Of a stretch of DNA of 64,000 nucleotides, positions 53,524-64,000 are shown piece after piece. Source of the DNA: Escherichia phage JS98. The number at the start of each line of letters is the position of its first letter. The first letter of the stretch is position 1. The DNA lies in sequence record NC_010105.1; one strand, given 5' to 3'. The position numbers and the translations under genes were made by a program. Under the pieces are notes generated by a model, which saw only the letters and a list, made by a program, of their open reading frames with translations, was not told where the DNA came from and did no database searches.

Positions 53524-54471
53524 TTAATAAAAATCAGCTACTGTAGCAGTTAGTTTAGACAAACCTGATTTAACGAAATAAGGATAAACTTTAGATTTCG
53601 AAGGTTTGTTATACGTATTATATCTTTCAGTAATTAAAGCAACAATATCATCTGGAATAAAGTCCATATCAATTAAGATTTGGTTTTCACAGAAACGTTC
53701 ATATTGTTCCTCAGTAAGAAGTGTTTTAATTATATCACGGTCATAATAATTCAGAGCAATTGCTTCAAGTTCCTTAGCACGAGTGCTAGGAGTACGTTCA
53801 CCTTCAACCATTGTCAACCAATAATCACCACGAACTTTAATACTTGCAACGTTATCCTTGCGGTCACCTTTAATAACCTTAGTCACACAATCAAGCAGAG
53901 CATCACCAGATTTTGTTTTGACGAATTTTTTCTGCATTGGAGACCATTGTTTTACACCAGGGAATTTATGAAGTTGGGTAAAGTCACCATCAGAAGAACC
54001 AATCATAACCGGATGGCCTTTAGCCGTAAGGATACGAGTCAACACAGCAATATGGTCATCGGCCTCGATTGTATCGATATTCATAACAATATAAGGCATA
54101 TTTTGTTCCAGTTCATCCACAATAATATGCATTGCAGTGAATAAGCCTTCCCAATCAAATGGTGATTCGTCACGTGCCTTAGCACGGTTTTTCTTATAAT
54201 AAGAAGAATAACGACGACGCCAATAACCTGATTTAGAGTTATCAACACAAATGATTAGTTGGTTGTAACCTTGTTTTTTAAAGTCTTTAATGTTTTTCTT
54301 GATTGAATTCAAGACGAGATGTCGAAGCATTGCTGTTGTTACTTTAGGAAATCCAGCGTTTTCACCAAATTCTTGGAAGGCTGCCGCCATAATGATTTGG
54401 CTGAAATCCAGGAGTAAAAATCCATCTTTTTGTTGGTCTTCTTCAGGAAGTAAAAAATCTAAATCGTTCAT
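53524..54471 (-). CDS. rnh: RNase H (5'-3' exonuclease, FEN family)
   Basis: 315 aa, position before gene 34 as in T4. Confidence 0.88.
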   Translation of the reverse strand: MNDLDFLLPEEDQQKDGFLLLDFSQIIMAAAFQEFGENAGFPKVTTAMLRHLVLNSIKKNIKDFKKQGYNQLIICVDNSKSGYWRRRYSSYYKKNRAKARDESPFDWEGLFTAMHIIVDELEQNMPYIVMNIDTIEADDHIAVLTRILTAKGHPVMIGSSDGDFTQLHKFPGVKQWSPMQKKFVKTKSGDALLDCVTKVIKGDRKDNVASIKVRGDYWLTMVEGERTPSTRAKELEAIALNYYDRDIIKTLLTEEQYERFCENQILIDMDFIPDDIVALITERYNTYNKPSKSKVYPYFVKSGLSKLTATVADFY

Positions 54472-54538
54472 ATGAACCTCTGTCCAATTAGTGTAGAAGG
54501 TTATTATATCATGGCCCTGGAAGAAGTAAACACTTTGC

Positions 54539-54546
54539 TATAAATA
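54539..54546 (+). promoter_or_regulatory. Late promoter TATAAATA upstream of gene 34
   Basis: Exact TATAAATA ~33 nt upstream of ATG. Confidence 0.55.
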
Positions 54547-54578
54547 GTTCTATACCCTGAAAACGAAAAGGAAATAAA

Positions 54579-57500
54579 ATGGCTGATATTTTAAAACCTG
54601 CATTCCGTGCTACATCCGGACTCGATGCTGCGGGCGAGAAAGTTATCAATGTTGCCAAAGCCGATTACAATGTACTAGATGATGGCGTCAACGTTGAATT
54701 CTTTATAGATGAGAACACCATCCAGGCGTACGACGAGACGCGCGGATATAAGAAAGGGTTTGCAGTAATCCATGACCAACGTATTTGGGTTGCTCAACGT
54801 GATATCGCTGCACCAGCTGGAACTTTTGTACCTGGTTATTGGACCGCTACCCGTACTGACCCTAAATGGATTACAGTAGCATCTCCTACGCGCCAGTTGG
54901 CTTCCGGTGAATATATTGCGGTGGACTCAGCTGCTAGCTTTACTACATTTACTCTGCCTCCTAACCCTACTGATGGCGATACCGTCGTAATCAAGGATAT
55001 CGGTGGCCGTGTAGGTTATAATGAAATCAAGGTTCAATCTAGTTCTGCTCCAGGCGGCGGTAATCAGAAAATTGTTCGATTTGGTAACCAGTTCTCTGAA
55101 ACTCTGATAACCAAACCTTTTTCTTATAACATGCTTATCTTTGCTAACCGTCTTTGGCATTTCTGGGAAGCAGGTAACGAAGAACGTGGTATTCGCGTAG
55201 AGCCTAATACTGCACAGTTCCAAGCTCAAGCGGGTGATAACGTTTTACGTCGTTATACTTCAGGTGCAGTAATTAAGTTTACTCTTCCTAAGTATGCGAA
55301 CCAAGGTGACATGGTTAAAACCGTAGATATCGATGGTCTTGGAAGTAAGTTCCACTTAATAGTTGAAACCTTTGATGCATCGTCTTCATTAGGTAAGCCT
55401 GGCCAGCATAGCATGGAATTCCGTACCTCTGGTGATGGATTCTTTGTTTATAACTCTGTTGAAAAAATGTGGTATGTTTGGGACGGTGACCGTCAAACTC
55501 GTCTGCGTGTTATTCGTGATGACGTAGAACTTTTGGCTAACGAAAGTATTATTGTTTTTGGTCCTAATAACACAACTCCACAAACTATTAACATCACTTT
55601 ACCTACTAGCGTAGCGCAAGGCGATACTATTAAAATCGCATTGAACTATCTTCGTAAAGCACAGACAGTAAATATTAAGGCTGCTGTAGGTGATAAAATT
55701 GCTTCTTCGGTTCAATTGCTCCAATTCCCTAAACGTTCAGAATATCCACCAGATACTGAATGGGTGTTGAATGACGTATTGACCTTTAATGGTAATATAA
55801 GTTATACCCCGGTTATTGAACTGAGTTATATCGAAGACACCATTACAGGCGGTAAATATTGGGTTGTTGCCCAGAACGTTCCTACGGTAGAACGTGTAGA
55901 TTCTAAGGATGATTTAACTCGTGCTCGTCTAGGTGTTATTGCCCTTGCGTCTCAGACCCAGGCAAACGTCGACCATGAAAATAATCCTGAAAAAGAACTT
56001 GCAATTACTCCTCAGACTTTAGCTAATCGTGTTGCCACTGAAACTCGTCGTGGTATTGCTCGTATTGCTACGACTGCTCAGGTGAACCAAGACACAACTT
56101 TCGCTTTCCAGGATGATTTGATTATTTCTCCTAAGAAATTAAACGAACGTACTGCAACCGAAACTCGTCGTGGTGTAGCCGAAATTGCTACGCAACAGGA
56201 AACTGATGCTGGTGTTGACGATACCACCATTATTACTCCTAAGAAGCTACAGACGCGCCAGGGCACTGAAAGTCTTTCAGGTATTGTAAAATATACCTCT
56301 ACGGTGGACACCATTCCTGCGACTGCTAGGGACACTGTAGGTACTAACGTTTACAATAAGAACGTAGGCAATTTGGTTATTTCTCCTAAAGCACTTGACC
56401 AGTATAAAGCTACTCAAGCCCAACAAGGTACGGTATATCTTTCTACCCAGTCAGAAGTTAATACTGGACAGTCTGCTAGCGGATTTGCTAACAGTGCAGT
56501 TTCTCCTGAAACGTTGCATGCCCGTGTGGCTCTTGATACTCGTACAGGGTTAATTGAAATTGCTACGCAAGTAGAGACCGATACTGGAACAGATTATACT
56601 CGTGCGGTAACGCCTAAAACGTTAAATGATAGGAAAGCTACGGAAGGATTGACTGGTATTGCTAGAATTGCAACCCAAGCAGAATTTGATGCAGGCACGT
56701 TAGATAATGTTATTTCAACTCCGTTGAAAATTAAAACAAGACTTAATGATACTGCTAGAACTTCTGTCTCAGCAGCCAGTGGTTTGATTGAATCAGGAAC
56801 CTTATGGAACCATTATACACTAGATATTAGAGAAGCAAATGAGACCCAACGTGGTACGGCTCGTCTGGCTACCCAGACCGAAGTCAATGTTGGCACTGAT
56901 GACAAAACCATCATCACTCCTTTGAAATTACACTCTAAAAAATCTACTGAAAGTTCTGAAGGTATTATTCGCGTTGCAACGAATACCGAAACCACTGCAG
57001 GAACTTCTAAAGTTCTGGCTGTAAGCCCTTCTGGTTTAAAATATGTAGTACAGTCCGAAACCACTTGGGAAGCTACTGCACTTCGTCGTGGATTTGTTAA
57101 ATTGACCGAAGGTGCTTTGACTTACTCAGGAAATAAAGTTACCGGTTCTGGTGTTAAATTTAACTCAGGTACAGGCCTTTATGAGAATGACGATACTGTT
57201 CTGAATGCAGCCAACTATCCTAAAACAGGTTATGCGGTTTCATCTTACGAGATGAATAAAACTTTACAGAACTTTTTACCTATAAATGCTACGGCTGTGA
57301 ACTCCGAGAAATTGGATGGTCTGGATTCACTTCAGTTCATTCGTAGAGACGTCGACCAAACAGTTAATGGTTCTTTAACCCTGACCAAACAATTGAACCT
57401 GGCGGCTCCTCTGGTGTCTTCTAGTACTGCTAATATTACCGGCAACACTATTTTAGGTTCTCTGGAAGTAACCGGGAATTCTACTTTTAAAAATGATGTA

Positions 57501-58628
57501 TCTGTTAGCTCAGGTAAATCTATTAAATTTGTAGGACCACAGTCAGGTGCCGGTACTTGGAACTCTCAAGGCGATACTTTAGCTCCGATTTTTGCCGAGA
57601 TAAATTCGACCCCGGATGCCAAGTTCCATCCTATTGTTAAACAACGTTTAGGGCAAGGTACATTCTCTTTAGGCACTGTAAACGATGGAACTCGTGATTT
57701 TAAAATACATTATCTTCCATCGCCGGGTTCTTTAGAATCTTCCTACTGGACCTTTAATACGACTGGTGACTTTGCTGTTAATAGTGGTTCCATTAGTATT
57801 TCTAAGAATGCTAATATCACAGGTATAACCACTTCTAACGGTGTTTCTACAACCACACTAAATGCTTCTGCTCTGTCTTCATTGCAAAACGTAACTACTT
57901 CAGGTACTATCGTTTCTACAGGGCAAGTATCGGCAAACAATGGTTTGGTTGCTCAAAAATACGTCCGCTCTGTTGGTGTTAAACCTACATTAGCATCCCA
58001 GGCCCCTACTGCAGAAACAGTTGGCTTCTGGTCTGTCGATATCAATGATTCGGCTACATTTAACCTGTTCCCAGGTTATTGGACGATGAAAACTAAACGT
58101 CAGGTTAATATCGATACGGTCCAAACTAAACCTGCAGGTGTTTCTGATGAGATATGGAATGCTTCTGGTTGGTTGACAGAAACGGGTGCATTTAGTTCCC
58201 CGGCTATTCGTTATCGTAACGAAGACGGTAGTTTTGGTGACGAAGTTCTCGGTACATCAGGTCAGAAATTACGTGGTACTTGGTTTGATTATTCTGTTCG
58301 TGATAAGGAAGTTAAATATCCTGGTACGTTAACACAGTTTGGTAATACATTGGATTCATGTTATCAGGATTGGGTGTGCTATCCTACAGGATTGAATGGT
58401 GGTACTATTCGTTATACTCGCACCTGGCAGAAAAATAAAAACGCATGGACTACGTTCTCTATGGTCTATACCGCAGATAACCCTCCTTCTGCGGAAGAGG
58501 TTGGTGCATTGCCTGCTGATAACGCTACAATGGGTAACATTACAATCCTTGATTGGTTACGTATTGGTAACGTTCGCATTATTCCTGACCCAGTAACCAA
58601 ATCCGTTAAGTTTGAGTGGATTGAATAA
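54579..58628 (+). CDS. 34: Long tail fibre proximal subunit gp34
   Basis: 1349 aa; internal ~40-aa repeats; position. Confidence 0.93.
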   Translation: MADILKPAFRATSGLDAAGEKVINVAKADYNVLDDGVNVEFFIDENTIQAYDETRGYKKGFAVIHDQRIWVAQRDIAAPAGTFVPGYWTATRTDPKWITVASPTRQLASGEYIAVDSAASFTTFTLPPNPTDGDTVVIKDIGGRVGYNEIKVQSSSAPGGGNQKIVRFGNQFSETLITKPFSYNMLIFANRLWHFWEAGNEERGIRVEPNTAQFQAQAGDNVLRRYTSGAVIKFTLPKYANQGDMVKTVDIDGLGSKFHLIVETFDASSSLGKPGQHSMEFRTSGDGFFVYNSVEKMWYVWDGDRQTRLRVIRDDVELLANESIIVFGPNNTTPQTINITLPTSVAQGDTIKIALNYLRKAQTVNIKAAVGDKIASSVQLLQFPKRSEYPPDTEWVLNDVLTFNGNISYTPVIELSYIEDTITGGKYWVVAQNVPTVERVDSKDDLTRARLGVIALASQTQANVDHENNPEKELAITPQTLANRVATETRRGIARIATTAQVNQDTTFAFQDDLIISPKKLNERTATETRRGVAEIATQQETDAGVDDTTIITPKKLQTRQGTESLSGIVKYTSTVDTIPATARDTVGTNVYNKNVGNLVISPKALDQYKATQAQQGTVYLSTQSEVNTGQSASGFANSAVSPETLHARVALDTRTGLIEIATQVETDTGTDYTRAVTPKTLNDRKATEGLTGIARIATQAEFDAGTLDNVISTPLKIKTRLNDTARTSVSAASGLIESGTLWNHYTLDIREANETQRGTARLATQTEVNVGTDDKTIITPLKLHSKKSTESSEGIIRVATNTETTAGTSKVLAVSPSGLKYVVQSETTWEATALRRGFVKLTEGALTYSGNKVTGSGVKFNSGTGLYENDDTVLNAANYPKTGYAVSSYEMNKTLQNFLPINATAVNSEKLDGLDSLQFIRRDVDQTVNGSLTLTKQLNLAAPLVSSSTANITGNTILGSLEVTGNSTFKNDVSVSSGKSIKFVGPQSGAGTWNSQGDTLAPIFAEINSTPDAKFHPIVKQRLGQGTFSLGTVNDGTRDFKIHYLPSPGSLESSYWTFNTTGDFAVNSGSISISKNANITGITTSNGVSTTTLNASALSSLQNVTTSGTIVSTGQVSANNGLVAQKYVRSVGVKPTLASQAPTAETVGFWSVDINDSATFNLFPGYWTMKTKRQVNIDTVQTKPAGVSDEIWNASGWLTETGAFSSPAIRYRNEDGSFGDEVLGTSGQKLRGTWFDYSVRDKEVKYPGTLTQFGNTLDSCYQDWVCYPTGLNGGTIRYTRTWQKNKNAWTTFSMVYTADNPPSAEEVGALPADNATMGNITILDWLRIGNVRIIPDPVTKSVKFEWIE
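55990..57050 (+). repeat. Tandem ~120-nt (40-aa) tail-fibre repeats within gene 34
   Basis: Recurring ATETRRG(I/V)A.IAT / TESLSGIV / TEGLTGIARIAT / TQRGTARLAT / SEGIIRVAT units. Confidence 0.7.
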
Positions 58629-58636
58629 GAGGTATT

Positions 58637-59758
58637 ATGGAAAGATTTATGGCAGAATTTGGACAAGGATATGTCCAGGTTCCTACATTATCTGAAAACA
58701 ATGCTGTAAGGTATAAACTTAGTATAGCTGGTAGTTGTACTAAGTCTACTAAAAAAGCGTATGTTAAATTTCAAGATGGGGACTTCGGTCCCCAGAATTT
58801 TCAAAATGGACTAAACCTTATAGAAATTGATGTTAGTGCCGAACCTAAAGTGGTGGCTAACAAAACTTATAGCTTTACAAAAGATTTTGATGTTATCTCT
58901 GAAGCTTTTATTACTTACATAAGTTCAATACCGGCCAATAGAATAGTTTGTTTAGTATCTTCCGGTAGATTAAATGCTTCACAAAATCTTATTGATTGGT
59001 TCCGTGCAGCAGGAAGTACTGCATTTCCATCTAAGTGGCTAATAGACCGCTTCGAGCCGTCTTATTCAGCTTTTTACGTGTCCGGTAGAAATACTATAGT
59101 GATGGAACACGTCCTTTATAATGATGGGGTGCTTGTTGAAGATGTTTCTACACCATTAGAAGTCGTTTTTGACGATATCAGTGATGTAGGCGGGACCGGG
59201 TATCCTATAAGAATAGTAGAAGATGAAAACACTTATCTAAGTAATGGTGGAGAAGAAATAAAACGTTTCCCTACCGAATCTCCTACTACTCCTTGCGCCG
59301 ATTATAACATGAAGCCTGGGGAATTCTTTTATCTTAAATTCCAAATGATGTGTGACCAGGAATTAAAAGATTTAGGGACCTCTCAGATGTCTGTTAGATT
59401 TTTTAATGCCTCAGGTGCTTTAACAGGGTCGGTTAATATGGAAGTTCCACCTAATGTCCCTGCTGGGTCTTGGATGACTTTTGAGCGGGTAATTGAAGTT
59501 CCTGCTAATACTGAAACATTTACATTGTATGCAAGAAAAACAGTGGCCGATGGAGTTGGCGGTGTACGTAATGTGATGTTCGGGGAAGTATCAGAGCCAG
59601 AATCTCAACCTAAATCGGCCGAATTTGGTGTAAATGGTATTCGTATGAATTTCGGTACCGAAACTAAGAATATGGGTACTACCATAGCCCAGTTATACGA
59701 TAAAACAGGTACTAAACCAGGACAGGTTTGGGTGTCTGAATTTAGAGAAAAATATTAA
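58637..59758 (+). CDS. 35: Tail fibre hinge protein gp35
   Basis: 373 aa, position between 34 and 36. Confidence 0.85.
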   Translation: MERFMAEFGQGYVQVPTLSENNAVRYKLSIAGSCTKSTKKAYVKFQDGDFGPQNFQNGLNLIEIDVSAEPKVVANKTYSFTKDFDVISEAFITYISSIPANRIVCLVSSGRLNASQNLIDWFRAAGSTAFPSKWLIDRFEPSYSAFYVSGRNTIVMEHVLYNDGVLVEDVSTPLEVVFDDISDVGGTGYPIRIVEDENTYLSNGGEEIKRFPTESPTTPCADYNMKPGEFFYLKFQMMCDQELKDLGTSQMSVRFFNASGALTGSVNMEVPPNVPAGSWMTFERVIEVPANTETFTLYARKTVADGVGGVRNVMFGEVSEPESQPKSAEFGVNGIRMNFGTETKNMGTTIAQLYDKTGTKPGQVWVSEFREKY

Positions 59759-59786
59759 GGAACCTTCGGGTTCCTTTTTCGTTTTC
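59759..59786 (+). terminator. Rho-independent terminator after gene 35 (GGAACC-ttcg-GGTTCC + TTTTTCGTTTTC)
   Basis: 6-bp stem, UUCG loop, T-run. Confidence 0.7.
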
Positions 59787-59794
59787 TACAGCCA

Positions 59795-59810
59795 TAAATA
59801 TATAAAAGGC
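59795..59810 (+). promoter_or_regulatory. Possible variant late promoter (CATAAATATATAAA) for gene 36
   Basis: Near-match to TATAAATA ~30 nt upstream of gene 36 ATG. Confidence 0.35.
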
Positions 59811-59833
59811 TATAACTCCCAAAGGAAACTCAA

Positions 59834-60481
59834 ATGGCAGATTTAAAATTAGGTTCTACAGCAGGAGGTTCGGTATTATGGCACCAAGGTAATTTCCCCT
59901 TAACGCCTGTATCAAATGACCTTCTTTACAAAACGTATAAAGTTTACACCGAGTATAATAAACCTCAAGCAGTTGATAACGATTTCGTTTCAAAAGCTAA
60001 TGGTGGTAATTATAAGAACAACGTGTATTTTGAAAAAGGTTTGACCTTTAATGATACTAATGGATATGGTATTAAATTAGGAGCAAGAACCGGCGGAGCC
60101 CCTTTCACAGCTTCTTTCCGTATTAAAGGTGCTTTTGGATATGAAACGGAAGATGGTACTCCGTTTATGATATTTGACCCAAATACAACAGTTGGTGCTA
60201 AACGTCTTACTGTAATGGGTGATTCGTTATTCCGTCAAGTTTATGATGAATCAGGCCGCGTATTCAGCCCAGGCAACACCCCTACTAAAGCTCAAGTTGG
60301 ATTGTCATTAGTAGATAACGCAAAACAGGTCCAAATAAATAATACTAATATGCAAACAATGACTGGGGTACTTGCGGCTCCTAACTTCATTTCATTAAAT
60401 CCGGCCTCTGACGCAGGACATGTTCCGCGTTTCGACCAGATTGTTATTAAAGATTCTATCCAAGATTTTGGTTATTATTAA
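59834..60481 (+). CDS. 36: Tail fibre protein gp36
   Basis: 215 aa, position. Confidence 0.85.
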   Translation: MADLKLGSTAGGSVLWHQGNFPLTPVSNDLLYKTYKVYTEYNKPQAVDNDFVSKANGGNYKNNVYFEKGLTFNDTNGYGIKLGARTGGAPFTASFRIKGAFGYETEDGTPFMIFDPNTTVGAKRLTVMGDSLFRQVYDESGRVFSPGNTPTKAQVGLSLVDNAKQVQINNTNMQTMTGVLAAPNFISLNPASDAGHVPRFDQIVIKDSIQDFGYY

Positions 60482-60489
60482 GAGGCATT

Positions 60490-63400
60490 ATGGCTACTTT
60501 AAAACAGATACAATTTAAAAGAAGTAAAGTAGCTGGTGTACGTCCTACGCCAGCGCAGTTGGCTGAAGGCGAGCTGGCTATTAACTTAAAAGACCGTTTG
60601 TTATTTACCAAAGATGACACTGGAGCGATTATCGACCTTGGCTTTGCTAAAGGTGGTAATATTGATGGTAATGTTATTCATAACGGTAATTACAATCAAA
60701 CTGGTGATTATACTCTTAACGGTGTATTTACTCAAATTGGTGATTTCAATCTCAATGGCATTGCTCGTGTAACTCGTGACATCATTGCAGCCGGGCAGAT
60801 AATGACCCACGGTGGAGAACTTATTTCTAAGAGTGCCTCAACTTCTCACCTTCGTTTCTTTGATGGCAATGACCGTGAACGTGGTATTATCTTTTCTCCT
60901 AATAACGCAGGAGCAACCAACCAAGTAGTTAATATTCGCGTACAAGATTATTCTACCGCAAGCGAAAGCACTTATGCATTTTCAGGCAATGGTTTGTTCA
61001 CTTCACCTGAAGTATCAGCATGGAAATCTATTTCGTCTCCACAAGTTCTGACCGATAAAGTTATTACAAATGGGAAGAAGACGGGCGATTATGATATCTA
61101 TTCATTAGCAAATAACACTCCATTTGAAGAAGGCGAAACGGCTATTAACCACCTCCGTGTTATGCGAAATGCTGTAGGAGCAGGTATTTTCCACGAAGTT
61201 AATGTTAATGACGGAATAACCTGGTATTCCGGAGATGGCTTAGACACTTATCTTTGGTCGTTTAACTGGGCCGGTGGATTGAAAGCCGGTCATTCTATTT
61301 CTGTAGGTCTTCCAGGCGGTTCTAAAGGATATTCTGAATTAGGAACAGCTTCAATTGCCCTCGGTGATAATGATACCGGATTTAAATGGCATCAAGATGG
61401 GTATTTCTTTAGCGTTAATAACGGCACAAAAACTTTCCTTTCTGGCCCGGCGGAAACCACCAGTCTTAGAAAAATGGTTATGGGTTATTCTGTAAACGGT
61501 GCCGATTTAACCACTCCTCCGGTGGAAAACTATGCTTTGGCTACTGTTGTCACTTATCATGATAATAACGCATATGGTGATGGTCAAACTCTTTTAGGAT
61601 ATTATCAAGGTGGAAATTATCACCACTATTTCCGTGGTAAAGGTACTACAAACGTTAATACCGCTGGCGGTTTGTTAGTTACTCCTGGTAATATTGATGT
61701 TGTTGGTGGTTCAGTTAATATTGATGGTCGCAACAACGCTTCGACTCTTTTGTTCAGAGGAAATACAACAGGAAATAGTTCAGTTGATAATATGACTATC
61801 AGCGTTTGGGGTAACACTTTTACTAATGTTGCCGGCGACCGTAAAAACGTAATGGAAATATCTGATGACGTCGGTTGGATGCATTATATTCAGCGCAAAA
61901 CCGATGGCAAAGTTGAAGCCCATTTAAACGGTACCTTAGGTGTAAATGAAAGTATAAATGTCGGTAAGGAAGTTAATGTCTCCGGTACTATTGCAGGTAA
62001 TGCTGTAAACGCTCTTAGAATTTGGAACGACGATTATGGTGCTATTTTCCGCCGTTCAGAAACAAGTCTTCATATTATTCCAACAGAATTTGGTCAAGGT
62101 AAAACAGGCGATATTGGTTACCTTCGTCCTTTAAGTATAGATTTGAGCAACGGTAAGGTTGTTATTCCTGACCTAGATTTGAGCTATGCTTCTTTTGCAG
62201 CTAACGGTTATATTAAATTTGGTGGTCATGGTGCGGGCGCAGGCGGTTACGATATACAGTATTCACAAGCAGCTCCTATTTTCCAAGAAATTGACGATGA
62301 CGCAGTAAGTAAATATTATCCTATTGTTAAGCAGAAATTCTTACAAGGAAAAGCTGTTTGGTCTTTAGGTACTGAAATTAATTCCGGGACTTTTGTTTTG
62401 CATCATATAAAAGAAGACGGGACCCAGGCTCATACCTCAAGATTTAATGCTGATGGTACAGTTAACTTCCCCGATAACGTGCAGGTTGGTGGTGGTGAAG
62501 CTACTATTGCTCGAAACGGTAATATCTGGTCCGATATTTGGAAAACGTTTACTTCAGCAGGCGATGTAACTAATATTCGCGATGCTATTGCCTCCCGTGT
62601 GGCCAAAGAAGGTGATACGATGACCGGCCGCTTAACTCTTAATGCAAACTCGGATGCTATTGTTATTAACAGTGCTGCAACCGAATCTGGTTATGTGAAA
62701 GGACAAAAAGCTGGTGTTGATAACTGGTATGTAGGCAATGGCGGCGCTGATAACGCCCTATCGTTTTATAGTTTCCGAACTAATTCAGGCGTTAATATTC
62801 ATAATAGTGGGGAAATTGCTTTAGCTCCTCAAGGGTCGGATACTTTTTATTTTAATAGGGACCGTCTTTATATAAAGGGTTCACAATGGGCTGCACACCA
62901 GGCTGGCGATTGGGGAAACCAATGGAAGCAAGAAGCCCCTGTGTTTGTAGATTTTGGTAATGTTGGTAATGATAGTTATTATCCGATTATCAAAGGAAAA
63001 TCTGGTATTACTAACGAAGGATTCGTATCCGGTGTAGATTTTGGTATGCGCCGCATCACTAATACATGGGCGCAAGGTATTATTCGTGTAGGTAACCAGG
63101 AAAACGGTTCCGACCCGCAAGCTATCTATGAATTCCACTCTAATGGTACTTTTTATGCTCCAAGCTTACTTAAGAGCAACAGAGTATCGGCTGGCGGTGG
63201 AGACCCTGTATGGGGTGGACCGTGTATTGTTATCGGCGATAATGACACAGGTCTAGTTTGGGAAGCAGATGGTATTTTCAACGCATATGCAAACGGCCAA
63301 GGCGTATTCAGTTTTAGAGCTGGTCTCGCACAAACGTTCTTTAACGTAGCGTTACACTGTAACGCCGGGATGTATGTTCGTGATAACATCGATGTTAACG

Positions 63401-63732
63401 ACGTTTATATTCGTTCTGATATTCGTTGTAAGTCGGAAATTAAGCTTATAGAGAATGCCCAAGAGAAATCTAAACTCTTAGGTGGTTATACTTATCTGCT
63501 TAAAAACTCTGTCACAGATGAAGTTAAACCATCTGCAGGTTTAATTGCTCAGGAAGTTCAAGAAGTATTGCCTGAACTTGTGACTGAAGATAAAGAGACC
63601 GGCTTACTTCGTTTAAACTATAACGGTATTATCGGTTTAAATACTGCTACTATCAACGAGCATACTGATGAAATCAAGGAATTGAAATCTGAAATTGCTG
63701 AGTTGAAAGCATTAATTAAATCATTATTATAA
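60490..63732 (+). CDS. 37: Long tail fibre distal subunit gp37 with C-terminal intramolecular chaperone domain (T2-type)
   Basis: 1080 aa; C-terminus SDIRCKSEI...[15 protein letters not shown]...LNYNGIIGL matches self-cleaving chaperone (peptidase S74-like) consensus. Confidence 0.9.
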   Translation: MATLKQIQFKRSKVAGVRPTPAQLAEGELAINLKDRLLFTKDDTGAIIDLGFAKGGNIDGNVIHNGNYNQTGDYTLNGVFTQIGDFNLNGIARVTRDIIAAGQIMTHGGELISKSASTSHLRFFDGNDRERGIIFSPNNAGATNQVVNIRVQDYSTASESTYAFSGNGLFTSPEVSAWKSISSPQVLTDKVITNGKKTGDYDIYSLANNTPFEEGETAINHLRVMRNAVGAGIFHEVNVNDGITWYSGDGLDTYLWSFNWAGGLKAGHSISVGLPGGSKGYSELGTASIALGDNDTGFKWHQDGYFFSVNNGTKTFLSGPAETTSLRKMVMGYSVNGADLTTPPVENYALATVVTYHDNNAYGDGQTLLGYYQGGNYHHYFRGKGTTNVNTAGGLLVTPGNIDVVGGSVNIDGRNNASTLLFRGNTTGNSSVDNMTISVWGNTFTNVAGDRKNVMEISDDVGWMHYIQRKTDGKVEAHLNGTLGVNESINVGKEVNVSGTIAGNAVNALRIWNDDYGAIFRRSETSLHIIPTEFGQGKTGDIGYLRPLSIDLSNGKVVIPDLDLSYASFAANGYIKFGGHGAGAGGYDIQYSQAAPIFQEIDDDAVSKYYPIVKQKFLQGKAVWSLGTEINSGTFVLHHIKEDGTQAHTSRFNADGTVNFPDNVQVGGGEATIARNGNIWSDIWKTFTSAGDVTNIRDAIASRVAKEGDTMTGRLTLNANSDAIVINSAATESGYVKGQKAGVDNWYVGNGGADNALSFYSFRTNSGVNIHNSGEIALAPQGSDTFYFNRDRLYIKGSQWAAHQAGDWGNQWKQEAPVFVDFGNVGNDSYYPIIKGKSGITNEGFVSGVDFGMRRITNTWAQGIIRVGNQENGSDPQAIYEFHSNGTFYAPSLLKSNRVSAGGGDPVWGGPCIVIGDNDTGLVWEADGIFNAYANGQGVFSFRAGLAQTFFNVALHCNAGMYVRDNIDVNDVYIRSDIRCKSEIKLIENAQEKSKLLGGYTYLLKNSVTDEVKPSAGLIAQEVQEVLPELVTEDKETGLLRLNYNGIIGLNTATINEHTDEIKELKSEIAELKALIKSLL

Positions 63733-63736
63733 GAAA

Positions 63737-63750
63737 GGGCCCTCGGGCCC
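63737..63750 (+). other. GC hairpin (GGGCC-ctcg-GGCCC) between genes 37 and 38
   Basis: Palindrome directly after gene 37 stop, followed by GGAGG SD and T-run. Confidence 0.4.
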
Positions 63751-63761
63751 TGGAGGTTTTT

Positions 63762-64000
63762 ATGGCAGTAGTAGGAATTCCCGGTTGGATTGGAACATCA
63801 GCAGTGGCTGAAACAGGTCAACGTTGGATGACAGCAGCTTCTAGAGAATTGCGTCTTGGTAACCCATCTTGGATGTCGCAATTTGCTGGTCGGTCCCGTG
63901 AGATTATTCACACCCTTGGCGCAGACCACAACTTTAACGGGCAATGGTTTAGAGACCGTTGTTTTGAAGCCGGTGCCGCACCTATTGTGTTTAATATCAC
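63762..64000 (+). CDS. 38: Tail fibre adhesin gp38 (T2-type), 3'-truncated at window edge
   Basis: [23 protein letters not shown]...[33 protein letters not shown] matches T2/T6-type gp38 N-terminus. Confidence 0.85.
   Translation, partial: MAVVGIPGWIGTSAVAETGQRWMTAASRELRLGNPSWMSQFAGRSREIIHTLGADHNFNGQWFRDRCFEAGAAPIVFNI

Overview
This window is a contiguous ~64 kb segment of a T4-like (T-even, Tequatrovirus-type) myovirus genome, collinear with the T4 map from gene 17 to gene 38. All calls rest on reading the six-frame translations against remembered T4 protein sequences and motifs; no database search was run. Plus-strand late modules: 17(partial)-18-19-20-67-68-21-22-23, two tandem gene-24 paralogs, uvsW-uvsW.1, baseplate 51-27-28-29-48-54, and tail fibre 34-35-36-37-38(partial). 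Minus-strand blocks: rnlB-hoc-inh, uvsY-25-26, two tandem alt ADP-ribosyltransferase paralogs, and a long early cluster (DNA ligase 30, 30.x-like ORFs, rIII, 31, cd, pseT, spanins, alc-like, rnlA, denA, nrdB, nrdA, td, frd, small ORFs, 32, 59, 33, dsbA, rnh). Regulatory signals are clear: TATAAATA late promoters in front of late genes, a recurring early-promoter/stem-loop cassette (GTTTAC-N17-TACTAT, PeSL-like) in front of small accessory ORFs, and tetraloop hairpin terminators. No tRNA, CRISPR, IS element, intron or homing-endonuclease gene was found. I could not identify a clearly novel multi-gene system. The best candidates for undescribed biology are the PeSL-flanked accessory ORF cassettes (49.3-51.3 kb and 33.3-34.9 kb), a NADAR-like/HAD-like gene pair beside the ligase, the duplicated alt and gene-24 paralogs, and a ~350 nt non-coding tract next to a 53-aa basic ORF downstream of rIII.
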